From contig NC_135763.1 of the NCBI RefSeq assembly GCF_052425735.1, positions 16,926,001 through 16,990,000 on the forward strand: 64,000 bases of DNA. The letters run 5' to 3'. Within the stretch, counting starts at the first letter, position 1. Every line of letters begins with the position of its first letter. The translations under genes were made by a program, and so were the position numbers. Below the pieces are notes generated by a model that searched no databases, had not been told where the DNA came from, and saw only the letters and a list, made by a program, of their open reading frames with translations. This DNA is from Oculina patagonica. Its lineage: Eukaryota. Of this stretch, positions 33,342-46,088 are shown one piece after another.

Positions 33342-35416
33342 AGAGATTGTCTAATTGGCGTGCTGTGGGTGTGGGTGTGGGTGTGGGTGTGGGTGTGGTG
33401 TGGGTCGTGGGTCGTGGGTCGTGGGTCGTGGGTCGTGGGTCGTGGGTCGTGGGTCGTGGGTCGTGGGTCGTGGGTCGTGGGTCGTGGGTCGTGGGTCGTG
33501 GGTCGTGCGTGTATAAGCCGAGTTACCAGCTATCTCTGGATTTTAAATTTACCGAAAAATGTTGGAACTCACTCATTCAAAGACCTCGGATGGAGGTGTT
33601 ACAATATACGTTGCATGAGAGTACCGCTAGAACTTCCCCTCTCCTTCCCCTTTGAACGCCGGCCACGTAGTTAGCCACGCAGGCTACTAGTTCGCAGAAA
33701 AACTGAAAAATCTTAAACAGACAAGAACACCCTTAAAACGATTGCATCGACAAGGACAAGTTCCTTCAGTTTGGCTCATAAGCCGATCACCTACTTCTAT
33801 TTCTGCCATTTCATCTGTGTAAAATCGGAATTTTAATCAGGGACCAGTGTGTGGATCAGTGGCAAACTTGTGTCGAAATATTTCCACTGGGTTTCTTGTT
33901 TCTTGGTTTCGCAAAATATATGCACAAATAATATGAACACTTTTATTTTAAAATAATGGTCTAAAATATAACTTAAGTCAGTTCAACAAAATGAAACGTT
34001 CATCTCGCTACAGTGCTTGACATTGCAAGTTTTAATTTCCCTTTAATCTCTTTAAACGCAACCTTCAATAGTGCATCTGCAGCCTCAAGCTTCAATTGAT
34101 AACGTAAGGTCAAATCTCGACACACCCTCACTGCATTCAAACGTCTTTATAGGCAGCTTTTCTTCCTATTTCGGGATATTTCGTTCATATCTGATGTGTT
34201 AGTATGAGCAAAAAATAGCTGCTGAGTGTAAATAAACATATTTCCACAATTTTTAATTGTACAACATACAACAGTGTACAACAACTACCGCTCGCGAATC
34301 CTTGACACCTTTCGTTTGACATCTGTCACTCATTTTAACTTTGACCTAAAACACGTCACGATAACTCAGTCACGCGAGAGTCACGCTTTCCTGAACATTC
34401 CCGTTGTCCCAGGTATAAGAGTGTTTTTACTTTTTAATGTTTTTCATCTAAACCAAAGCCGCGGCTTTGAAAAAATGGCGTAGAGAAGTCCACACATCAC
34501 CATTTTCAAACATTTTTTAATAAAGCCCCAAAAAGCTTCGTAAATTGTCACGATACCGGTAATGTATGAAACTTTAAATTGTGAAAATCAAAACCGTATC
34601 TTTGAAGTACTTAAGCTTGTCTTGTTTTTGGCATATTTCTGTCGTTTGACCGCGGTCGACGACAAACCTGCAAGTTCGGATTCTGAAACAGCAACATCGA
34701 TTTGGCCTTGTGAAACAAATCTCTAGTACTTAAAACCGGCGTACAATCATTAAGTCATTTCAAGAATATTAATAATTCCTTTCGCTATAGTCCCAGACAG
34801 TGCAAGTTTTGATAATGCTTCCGCAAATGCTTTCATCAAACATGTGCATTTCACCTTAAAGTTAAAAAGAGACTTGAGAAGTTGTAACTTTTTCACTTGA
34901 AATGACCAAGAAAAGCCACGAATCTTTAAAAATTATAAAATATATTGGCTAGCGTGACTTCCCTGATAAAATTGGCAAAACAAATAAATGAATAACATGA
35001 TCATTTAATCGATATGGAATGAAGAACCACCAAGCTACCTACATGAAATCGTTCGATAAATTGGTTGTTACCAAAACGTTGCCGATCAGAAAATTCTCAG
35101 TCGGCAAACAGCCTGCACGCCAAGGTCAAGCAAATACTTGCAATTTTCGGCCCACTTCCGTAAAACTGTCCGGCAGACATGAAGGGAAAAAGCGAAACGG
35201 TGGGCCCGACATGAAAGAAAAACATGTTTTTGTTGATAAGAAAAACGGTATCCAAAAATAACAAATCGGTGACAATGCTCCTTTGCGTCGGGGGCGAACT
35301 TGCTTTGACCCAAAACGCACGATCCACGATCCACGACCCACGACCCACGACCCACGACCCACGACCCACGACCCACGACCCACGACCCACCCACCCACGC
35401 CATTTAGTCTGACCCA
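33342..35416. mobile_element. ~2.1-kb non-autonomous element with imperfect TIRs and subterminal (GGGTGT)n/(GGGTCGT)n arrays in inverted orientation
   Basis: G-rich array at 33366-33506 and its complement (CCCACGA)n at 35320-35399. The left end CTAATTGGCGTG matches the reverse complement of the right end, CTAAATGGCGTG. The element interrupts sequence that is contiguous downstream of GRL-A and GRL-C. Confidence 0.65.
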
Positions 35417-35756
35417 ACTGTAACTTGTCTTGTAATCATTAACCAATTAACAATTAGGAAGAGCCCCAGTTTTCTATTAGTGAATAGTCTTACGAGGCGC
35501 AGTCGATATAAATATAGAGACTTTGATTGTTGTAGAGACTATTAAGGCAAACAACCCAAAACCTACAATTTGGCATTCTTATAAGGAAAAAATCAAAAAT
35601 AAGTTTTTTATTTTTAAGAGCAACGCGTGAGCGATCGTGTTCCCTCAGCGATAAGACAACAAAGATGTAACCAATCAGATTGGCGGATTTCCAATAAAAC
35701 ACTACTGAGTGTCTACTAATAGTTATTTTATCTTGCACATATTGCAATTCATGCCA

Positions 35757-38700
35757 TTACTTTGGCAGAGACAACATAACAGCAAAGTAAGAAACAATCA
35801 ATCCGAGAAACTGTAAAAAAAGAAGAAATGCAGAAATTAGAAATAGAGTGCTGATCACTCTTTTTGACCTTTCTTCCAACGTTAGTTTATTGCCGTCATT
35901 GGGAGAAAGAACAAGTAAACTATTTTATACTAAGATTCTAGAAAAAATGTAAGACTAGTTTACTCTAGTTATAAGTACAAGCTCAAGTATAAGCACCAGC
36001 GTATAAGACTAATTCCACTTTCTTCACAAGAAATAAGAATGGGCATGGGCACAAGCTAAGAAAAAAGAACAATTCTGTTTTCTTGTGCTACGAAAACGTG
36101 TCAAAATGTATTGATATAATTCTAGTATTGTAGTCTAGCGTTGTATTGTAAGTAAGAATTATATTTTAGAAGTAGTCATAATTAGTTATCTTTATAATTA
36201 ACAATTATTTTTTTTCACTTTTCAAGGTGTACATGTAAAAATTACGTCTCTTGTAAATAGCCCGTTGTAAATATGTATTTATATGTAGTACCTATGTAAT
36301 TAGTGTTGCGTGTAATAAATTTGCATTAGTAAAAAAAAATAAAAAAAGGTATAATTCTAGACGAGAAAAGAGATTGAAGAGATAAGCATTTCTTTTTACA
36401 TCTCTTTCTTCTCTTTTGAGAACTTTTCAAGTTAAAGTTAAGGGCGAGATTCCTGCTTCTGCTGTTAACGTCAGAGTGGGCAGTTTTCGCGTTTGTTGTA
36501 AGTTTTACGTCTTTTATGTAATAATTCAAGGAAAGGTGAACAGGATGAAAAGCAAGCTGATGCTTGGTATTAGAACCTGATAGTTATAACAACTAAGGTC
36601 TCTCATGTTACTTCACAAATGTAATTTAATAAGCCAACGTTTGGCACAAACTATCTATTTCTTCTTCGATTCCTGTACCTTGCTGGGCAATGCCAATCAG
36701 CATTATACTAGCTATGAATACCTCCCATCGTTGCTCAAAATGCCGGCTCTACTTCTTTCCAAAATGGGCAATCTTTTCAGACACATATGTTAAACTGTTT
36801 TGATGTAACTGAATAATAAAGGGTATCCAAAAAATGAGCAGCTTTACCGTCAAAGACAGAGACTTGGTAATTACAACCAATCCTCCAATGGAGAGACCCT
36901 TTGGGTTGTCTTGCAGGTCCAGCATAAACATCACCAGCTGAAATAAGATTACAAAGAAAAGTCAACTCGCACTAATTCGTTTGCTTCTCTGTTTTTTGAG
37001 TTTATTATTTGGTTAGATAATAAGTTTTTTTTGGGGGGGAGGGGGGGGGGAGTGAGGGGGTGGGGGTGAGAAGGCCAAAAAAGGGAGATAAGTCGTTATG
37101 CTTGAGGTATTTTAGGGAGTATGGAATTAACATTGACATATTTTATGATACCCCATATCGGTGTTATTTAGAGGCGGGTTAAAAATGTAGTTTCTGAGAG
37201 TGATATATTGCGGAGTTATTTACTTAATACCGTTTCTTTTCATTATTAAGGCACCCTCCTACCCTTTTAAAGAAATTTGCATGTTTATGTCGCTTCTTCG
37301 TAGACATTGTGAAAGGAAATCAACGATACCTGTATAGCAGTAAATACCTTCCCTTCGTCTTCGTTTGAAACAAGACAAGTTTGTAAGATCTTTGGAAAAA
37401 TCATAATCTGAAACAGCAATAAAATATCCGCGACGATTAATAAATCATCAAAATGGGATTACTCAACCCTGCTCAACCGGGGGGAGCTGTCAAAAATTCC
37501 CCCTTCATTTATCTCCAAAAGCATTCAGCTTTAGTAATTACGCTTAGCAAAGAAAATGTATCTTTTAGCAAGAAAATCATAAAGATGCACAGTCTTCAAG
37601 ATTTCATCATCTCTTCAAAACAACCAAAATGTGTTTCTCACAGAAATGTGAGCAAACAACTGACACAGCAAAGTTTTCCTTTTCCCAAAATTTGATTTGG
37701 AACTCAAGTCAAAAAATTTTGTGACTATTGCTTAAATGTGTTTTCAGTGTAAAAATAAGTTTAAACTGAATTTTGGGCGAGCACTTTGTCCCCTCCCGCC
37801 CCCCCCCCCCCCTCCCCCCTCCCCCTCAGCCGTGCAAAAAGGGTTTAGTTTGCAAAATGAAGGCATAGCTAGTTTAACACGAGAAATATTCCAATATTTC
37901 AACTTATCATGAATGAAGGAAGTTAGGAGAAAAAAAAGAAATAAATAAGTTCATTCTGATAGTTTCAAAACTAATTTATTTCCATGCCGATTACCTTTTC
38001 GCAGAGTTTGGATCCAAAAAACATGATCATGGCCAGGATAAAAGCAGCCGTCGTAAGCCAGAATAAATCGTTGACAAGGAGCACCAATTTGCCATGTGCT
38101 TGGGGTAAGTTAACGGCTTTGTAGAAATTAAGACATATCAGTGGAATATACAAAGAAATCACTTCAAACAGAAGAGAGGAAAACATCTTGTCAGCAAGCT
38201 CGACTACTTCACATAGTTTCTGATGTTCCATCTTGAAAGTTTCTATGTTCACGGAAACCGAACGAAATGATGACATTCGTTTATATAGATCATCAAACAA
38301 CTCTTCCAGTATTAAGCAAGTTAGGCAGAAAAAGAGAACTGGAAGCAACCAAACACCCATGCCATAAATAGAAAAGATTAGGGCAAGTATTCTAATGCCA
38401 AACCATTGATGCCAAGGTTTGAAAGCTGCAATGCTCTCGCCCAACAGTAGTTGGTAAGCAACGATACCGACTATACCAATAACGATGAAGAAGCACACTA
38501 TAATTATACCCTTCTTTGACTTACTTTTCAACTTTTCTAGATTAACACTGCTCTCGATAGCGATTAAACTACCAAGAAAGTTTTGGAATCGAGATCTTCC
38601 CATATCTGCCAGAGGGACACACAAAACAACCAAGGAAATCGTGCCGCTCAGCGCGATTAAAAGACACCACAAGCTAAACATTAAATAGAGATAGATGTTA

Positions 38701-39053
38701 TTTGCTACGAAAACATCGACAAAGGACATAATAAAATGCAACCAGAAACCAGAAACTACAAGACCACAATAAATGCGCTGACAATAAACCCATTTCTTGC
38801 AGCCACCAGAAGCATGTGTCAAGCGATTAAGGTTTGTATCTCCAAAGTATGTTCCAAACATCTTCATCAGTCTTAGCACTGGACTGTATACTTCATCGAC
38901 GTCTTTAAGCAGCTGTTCGTTGACATTTTCTTGATCTGAAATCGCGTCGTCGGCCATTGGAACATCGTTGGTGCTAGGTAGCACTGAATTCGAGGACGGC
39001 ATTTCGTGATCTCCAGACAACGAAGCTTCGTTAGGTGTCACTCTACAAGACAT
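35757..39053 (-). CDS. Gustatory receptor-like protein, copy B (~420-426 aa)
   Basis: Exons 37995..39053, 37348 (or 37330)..37407, 36848..36937 (LVMFMLDLQDNPKGLSIGGLVVITKSLSLT) and 35757..35810 (FLGLIVSYFAVMLSLPK*). Introns are GT-AG and phase 0. Clear paralog of copies A and C. Confidence 0.85.
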
Positions 39054-39245
39054 GATCAAAAAAAATCATGCATACAACTGCTCCCAAATTGAGTTCCAAA
39101 TAAAGAAAATTTGAATTAGTGTTAAAAATTAATTAATTTTTGATGTGCTTTTGTTTCTTTTCCGGCTAATAGCATATGGAGTCAAGTGAGTTCATATTGT
39201 TATTTTAATATTGACATTAATTTTCAACAACAGATCAGTTGAAAC

Positions 39246-39478
39246 AAACATTTCAAAAACTGGAACAAAGTTCTACCCTGTCTCAGTTAGTTTATATGCT
39301 TAAGTAAGAGACCATGTAAATTCTCCTAGCTTAGTTTTTGTGATCGCGTATGCTGATATTTACTGTAGCTGTCTTCTCCTGTTATTTACGTTTTTATGTA
39401 AAATTGTAATTACTCATTGCTGTAAGACTAAGTCTTTGTTTGTACTTTTTGTATAACATGTAATAAAAAGTAAAAAAA
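39246..39478 (+). mobile_element. 3'-terminal fragment of an L1/Tx1-type retroelement with A-rich tail and 14-bp TSD
   Basis: AGATCAGTTGAAAC is duplicated at 39232-39245 and 39479-39492. The insert begins KHFKNWNKVLPCLS* and ends AATAAAAAGTAAAAAA. It is absent from the homologous upstream regions of GRL-A and GRL-C. Confidence 0.75.
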
Positions 39479-41439
39479 AGATCAGTTGAAACCAAGATAT
39501 AACAAAGATTCTGGTCTCCAACTTGCAGATAACAAGTAAATAACTGGGAGTTGAAATAACAGCTAATAATTGCAGTTTTATTTTATGGCGTCAGTGAAGT
39601 AATGTAAGTAAAGTAATAAAGCGTTTACCAGCAAACATTTAAAACCCTTTTAGGAAAAGAGTTATCATAATGCCTATGTGTTTTTTGTCACATGAAATGG
39701 CCAATTGTGTATAATGAAATGTAATATTAATCTCACTGATGTTTATTTCGGCGTGTAACAATGATAAAAAAAACTTCGCCACACTGACCAGGTGACAAAG
39801 AAAACTTTTGTTCTCTTTGAAGTGGTTCCTACCTTCCTGTTGGTCATTGACTATCACTCAACAAATAAACGAGTTGTCGTCCTTTCAATCTCTTTAGGAA
39901 GTCACTTTCAAATTTGAACAAAATGTAATATAATAATAAAATACATACATTTTGGAAGCAATTTATTAGTTTTGAGACCGCAGACGGGTATTTCAATTAA
40001 TTGTTATATCAATAAACTTTATAAAGAAAATTGTTTTTGTATACCTGTTCAAACTAATCAAAATACAAAAAAAAAATATTAAAAAAGGTGTCATGATGTT
40101 TTATAATCTAGTTCCCAGATCTCTTGTTTACGAAGACGAAGACGCGATCTGGTCAAGTAAGAAATTTTCTGTTTTTGATTGGTTGTCTGATCCGGCTCTT
40201 GTCCATTCCCTTCTTTGAACATTTTGTGCGTCAAGCTTGCCTGTTCAGAAATACGGCGCAGCTGTCGCTGCCAACAAAAACTTGTGTCGACTTTGCCGTA
40301 ACATAAGAAATCCCAATTAAGAGTTTGTAAGTTTTTGGTAATGGGAAGACCGCAAAATTGCAATGTTTGCCAAATGACTTCGCAAAAGTTCAAGTATACA
40401 AAAATCAAGGATACAAAAAGGACTGGAAACTTTCAAAAATCAAGCCCTTCCTGCACCTCGCCTTGCGCAGATTCAAGAGTTCTGTAACAGTTCCCGCACA
40501 GATGCTGGGGAAGAAAATGTCCCTAAAATTTGCTTGTGTCACGGCGTGTTGTTGTTGAAGATATATTTGTTCTTATTTCACTCGCACTAGTGGCTCCTTA
40601 AACTCCTTCTCCTACTCTTGTAAACTCTTTCCTTTATCAATGTTAAAATTGCTTTTCATATTAGAGAAGTGCTTATACTGAAATTTTTTGGAGCAAGTGC
40701 ATTTACACTTATACTGACAAACTGGCCCGAAAAGTGCGTATTTCGTTAAATTGTTGTTTCCTAGGGGGTCCGCATCTTGTTATTTACATTCTGTGTAGAG
40801 TACAACACTTCGTCACTTTTTTCTAGTTGAAATTGGCGAGCTACAATCCAGTTAAAACAATCAGTACAAAATAACTCAGGGTGGCTGTTTCTTTCGAAGC
40901 TCTTTTCAGTAATTGCTTCATCTCAGTTTGGCTCATTTCAGAGTAGAGAAACTACCTAAAGCAATTGCATTAAAAGAAATGATTCAAGAAATTATGTGAA
41001 AATTTACCCAGGTAGTCATTAATAGTGAAGATGCTGACCTCCTCGCTTTAAGGAAAATTAAAGTTGTTTTATTGATCACTCCGCAACATTTCAACACTTG
41101 GTTTCTGCAATGATTTATCATACTGTAATCCATCCATTCCAGATCTTCTGCAACATCATTGCTGTTATTATACAGTATATGGTTTTATGGCAAATTGGCC
41201 ATTTCTTTCTGCCATTTCCAGTTTCTTGTTGGTGATGCTCCATGAAAACCAAAATGAATGACTCTGAACACATGGTGGTCTATGACCATGCCAAAAACAA
41301 TAATTGTGACTTGCAAAAGTCTTTGATTGGAAAGTTAACATTTTTTTATGATTTCCAACTTCATATTTTTTGCTTTGACATGAAGTAAATTGTGCAAGCA
41401 ATCTTTTGCTTGGTATCAACATAATAATGGCGGCTGGAT

Positions 41440-42103
41440 GCAAATCACTGACACTGCGATTTCTTCAGAATGTAGAGGAAGAAATGAACGACATTTTTCA
41501 GTGGGCATGTCTTCAAAAGCAGACCGTAGTGATAATAGGAGATCTGAACATGGATAGGCTTAATCCTGACAAGGCTGAGGGAAAGATACTTAGAGATCTG
41601 GAGGAAGTATACAATTTGTCGTGCCTGATAACAGAGCCCACTAGAGTCACAATGCAATGCTTCTCAGAAACACGCCAGAACTGTTCGAAAACTGCGGGGT
41701 GTACAACCCCGAGATAAGTGACCATTATCTGATCTACGGCCAAATGACGGAGAAAGTCTGCAAGCACAAGTCAAAGACCATAACATTTAGGCAGACTAAG
41801 AACACTGATTTTGAACTGCTTAATCAAGAACTCATGAATGCGCCTTGGCAAGTTGGTGATATCTTCGCAAGCACAGACGATCAGTATGATTATTGGAAAG
41901 GACTCTTTAAAAACGTCATAGACCAGCATGCGCCAGTCAAAAGAAAGAGAGTAAGAGAAAAAGACATTCCTTACATGACAGAGAATTGGAAAAGGGCCTT
42001 GAGAACCAAAAGGAAGTACGCAAAAAAGTTTGCTCAAGATCGCACAGTTGAGAATCTAGAACTTAAAAGAAAGTATCGAAATATAGCTACCCGAGAGCGC
42101 CTT
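41440..42103 (+). mobile_element. Decayed CR1-like LINE ORF2 fragment (endonuclease C-terminus and linker)
   Basis: IIGDLNMD, ITEPTRVT, ISDHYLIYG and DQHAPVKRKRVR..PYMT lie in two frames (41406..41717, 41657..42187). Confidence 0.75.
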
Positions 42104-44895
42104 TCCCAAAAGACCAAAACTTTTCATTTAAAGTCTCAAACTTGCCGTTTTTTCTGGTTCTGGAGTGGAAATAAGTTTAAATCTTAGTGATAGTATCTAC
42201 GTGGTATTTTATTACAAGGTCCCAAAATGGTCATTTTCAGTGGCACATGAGCACCATCGACGAGGAAGAATCACGTGAAAGACCCACGTACACAGGCAAC
42301 GGGCCAGTGTGGACGGGAAACACTAAATCCGTGACAAAACACAAGGGCCCAGAATCTCAAAGAGCTCTGAGCACTCCCAGGAAAGTAGGGTGAACGTGGG
42401 CGGCCAGAACCTGACACACACTGGATGCGCGAGGGAAAATGAGCATCACGGAGACAACACAACGGCCCAAATCGTCAATTCAGTGGCCTAGCACCCGTTT
42501 TTAGGAACTGGAGTAAACATTAAAAATCGCCATTTTCATTGGCACATGTAACCCGTTCTTATTCGATTCGTTATGACCTTGTGTGAAAGAGAATGAATTC
42601 AGGTAAGAATGAATTCAGGTGATGGCGGTTTTCAAAAACGACCCAGACTGTACATTTTGAGTTTCAAAAGGTCCAGTTTTGCTGGATCCGGATTGAAAAT
42701 ATACTTAAATCTACGTGGTGCTATCATAACACAAGAGCCAATGATCGTTATCAGTGGCTGATGTAGCACTTTCTTATTCGATTCCTTTTGACCTAGAGTG
42801 AAAGTTAGAATGAATTCACGTGATGGCGGTTTTCCAAAAAGACCCAAACTATACATAACGAGTCTCAAACGGGCCGGTTTTGCTGGATCTGGAGTGAAAA
42901 TAAGGTTTAATCTATGTGGTGGTATTTTAAAACAAGGTCCCAAAATCGTCATTTCAGTGGCTCATGTAGCACTTTCTCATTCGCTATCTTTTGACCTGGA
43001 GTGAACGATGGAATGAATCTACGTGATGGCGGTTTTCAAAAAGACCCAAACGGTGCATTTCGAGTTTCAAACGGGCCCATTTTGCTGGATCCGGAGTGAA
43101 AATAAACCTTAATCTACGTGGTGCTATTATAACACAAGGACCCAGAATAATCATTATCAGTGGCTAATGTAGCACTTTCTTATTCGATTTTTTTTTATCT
43201 CGAGTGAAAGTTAGGATGAATTCTCGTGATGGCGGTTTTCCAAAAAGACTCAACCTGTACATTTTAACCCACAGACTTGCGGATTTGCTGCCGCAGGTGT
43301 AAAAATGAGCTTTAATCTACGTGTTAGTATTTCAACACAACGGCCCAAAATCGTCATTTTCAGTGGCTAGAGTGAACAGTGTAACATTTTAAGATGAACC
43401 CACGTGATGGCGGTTTTTCAAAACGACGTAAACTGTACATTTATTATCTCATACTGGACCGTTTTGCTGGATCTGGAGTGAAAATAAGCTTTAATCCACG
43501 TGGTGGTATTTTAACACAAGGGCCCAAAATCGTCATTTTCAGTGGCTCATGTACCACCTTCTTATGCGATTCTTTTTGACCTGGGGTGAAAATTAGAATG
43601 ATTTCACGTGATGGCGATTTTTCAAGGAGGCGCAAACTGCATATTTCACGTCTCAAATGGGCTATTTTTGCCGGATCTGAAGTGAAAATAAACTTTTATC
43701 TACGTGGTGCTATTACAACACAAGGGCCCAAAATCGTCATTTTCAGTGGCACATGTAGCACTTTCTTATTCGATTCCTTTTTACCTAGAGTGATGCGCCA
43801 GTCAAAAAGAAAGAGAGTGAGAGAAAAGGACATTCCTTACATGACAGAGGACTGGAAAAGGGCCTTGAGAACCAAAGGGAAGTACGCAAAAAAGTTTGCT
43901 CAAGATCGCACAGTTGAGAATCTAGAACTTAAAGAAAGTATCGAAATATAGCTACCCGAGAGCGCCTTATCACCTGGAGTGAAAATTAGGAATGAATCTA
44001 CGCGATGACACTTTTCCAAACAACCCCGAACTGTACATTTCGAGTTTCAAACGGACGGTTTTGTTGGATCTGGAGTGAAAATAACCTTTTATTTACGTGG
44101 GGAATCTTAACACAAGGGCCCAAAATCGTCATTTCAGTGGATCATGTACCACTTTCTTATTTGATTCTTTTTGACCTGGAGTGAAAATTATAATGAACTC
44201 GTGTGTTGGTAGTTTTCCAAAAATACCCAAACTGTACATTTCAGTTTTCAAACGGGCCTGTTTCGCTGGATCTGGAGTGAAAATAAGCTTTAATCTATTT
44301 GGTGGTATTACAAAACAATGGCCCAAAATCGTCATTTTTAGCGGCTCATTTAGCACTTTCTTACTCTATTCTTTTTGACTTGAAGTGAAAATAAGGAGAA
44401 ATCAACGTTATGGCGGAGTTCCAAACACACCCGATCTGTACCTTTTAAGTCTTAAACCGGCCTGTTTTGCTGGATCTAAGTGAAAATCAGCTTTAATCTA
44501 AGTCGTAGTATTTCAACAAAAGGGCCCAAAATTGTCGTCATTTTCAGTGGATCATGTAGCACTTTCGTATTCAATTCGTTTTGACCTGGGGTGAAAATTA
44601 GGATAACTTCACGTGATTGTGTTTTTTTTTTTAAAAAAAAAAAAAGACGCAAACTGTACATTTCACGTCTCATACTGGCCGGTTTTGCTGGATCTAGAGT
44701 GAAAATAAGCTTTAATCTACGTGGTGGTATTTTAACACAAGAGCCCAAACTCGTCATTTTCAGTGGCTCATGGAGCACTTTCCCATATGATTTTTCAGAA
44801 CCTAGAGTGAAAAGTAGGATTTATACACGTGATGGTGGTTTTCTGAAAAGACCCAAACTGTACATTTTAAACCTCAAACTGGCCAGTTTTGCTGA
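42104..44895. repeat. ~204-bp tandem satellite (about 11 degenerate units), interrupted by a duplicated LINE segment at 43793-43968
   Basis: GACCT[AG]GAGTGAAA-type anchors recur at ~42790, 42993, 43197, 43578, 43782, 43971, 44173, 44377, 44583 and 44799. Confidence 0.9.
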
Positions 44896-46088
44896 CTAGG
44901 GAAGTTGGCCTGCAACAGTTCATTTAAAACATTTTGTCGCCAGAAGTCTCAGAGGTCATGTCGAGTGACGAAGTCAAACCTATCCAAACAAGCGCCTTCT
45001 TTCAGATATTGTATATAATTATGTCGGAAACGAGTTCTAAAACTCCCATTTTTATATTTTTGACAAGAATAACTCGTATACTAGCAGTGGTGTCCTTAAA
45101 TCGCCTTGTGCTCGTTTGATATTTCGTATGTGTGGTTACGTTTTTAGAGCTAAATTTATCCATTAACTTATGAAATACAACAGCCATTCCGGATCCAAAA
45201 TCAAACAAAGTTTGCTGGTGTCAGAGTTTGCAAAGGACGGATTTTACTTTTTTTTACTGATTTTTGTTTTTGTTTTAGAGCTTTTGTTTTCTTACTCTTT
45301 GCTTAATTAAGTATGTAAATATCTGTCAAGTAACAACCACATTGTAAAAACAACTTAAATGTTTTAAAATCGACAGCGAAACAATAATTCATCTTGACAG
45401 CTTTTTAATATCTGATTTGAGTTTTATAACATTAAACAAATGTATACAAAAACACTTTTCGTGATAAAGTTTATTGATATAACGTGAATGTAAATTACAC
45501 TTGCACGGTCTCAAAACTTACATTGTGCTTTCTAAAATGCGTGCATTTTATTATTAATTTTTGTTTTACCCGAATATTAACATACAAATGACATCCGGGA
45601 CTTGCTTTATTTGTCGAGTGATAGTTAATAACCAGGAAATAGGTTAGAACCCCTTCAAAGGGGACAATAGATTTTTTTGTCACCTAGTCAGTATGGCGCA
45701 CATTTTTTGTTGCTTATTGTTTCGCACCGTATCAAATAACTGTAATCACTGTTTATAAATGTTGCATTTGAACACAGCTGACCGTTTCTTGTGACAAAAT
45801 AAAAAAAAATATCAATGCATTAAAATTTACCTTTCTCTAACCTTTTTCGACTCCTAGTTATTTATGTTATCTGCAAGTCGCAAAAACAAAGATTTTAATT
45901 GATCTACTGTTGAGAATGAATTTCATACTTTAAATTACAATACGAACTCACTTGACTCCAAACACCATTAGCTGATAAAAAGGTAAGGTCGCATTAGAAA
46001 GTTAATTGATTTTTGAAATTGATTTAAGCTAGCTATACATTTTGAACTCATTTTGGAAGCAGTTGCGTGCATATTTTCTACTGATATA

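Noticed and set aside
33315-33674. ORFs with GRGSWVV repeats (also 35086-35446)
   Set aside because: These are translations of the 7-bp repeat, which is open in several frames; not genes.
42104-44895. CRISPR-like array, or genes in the repeated short ORFs
   Set aside because: These are contiguous degenerate tandem units with no unique spacers, in a eukaryotic context with no cas genes; frames break between units.
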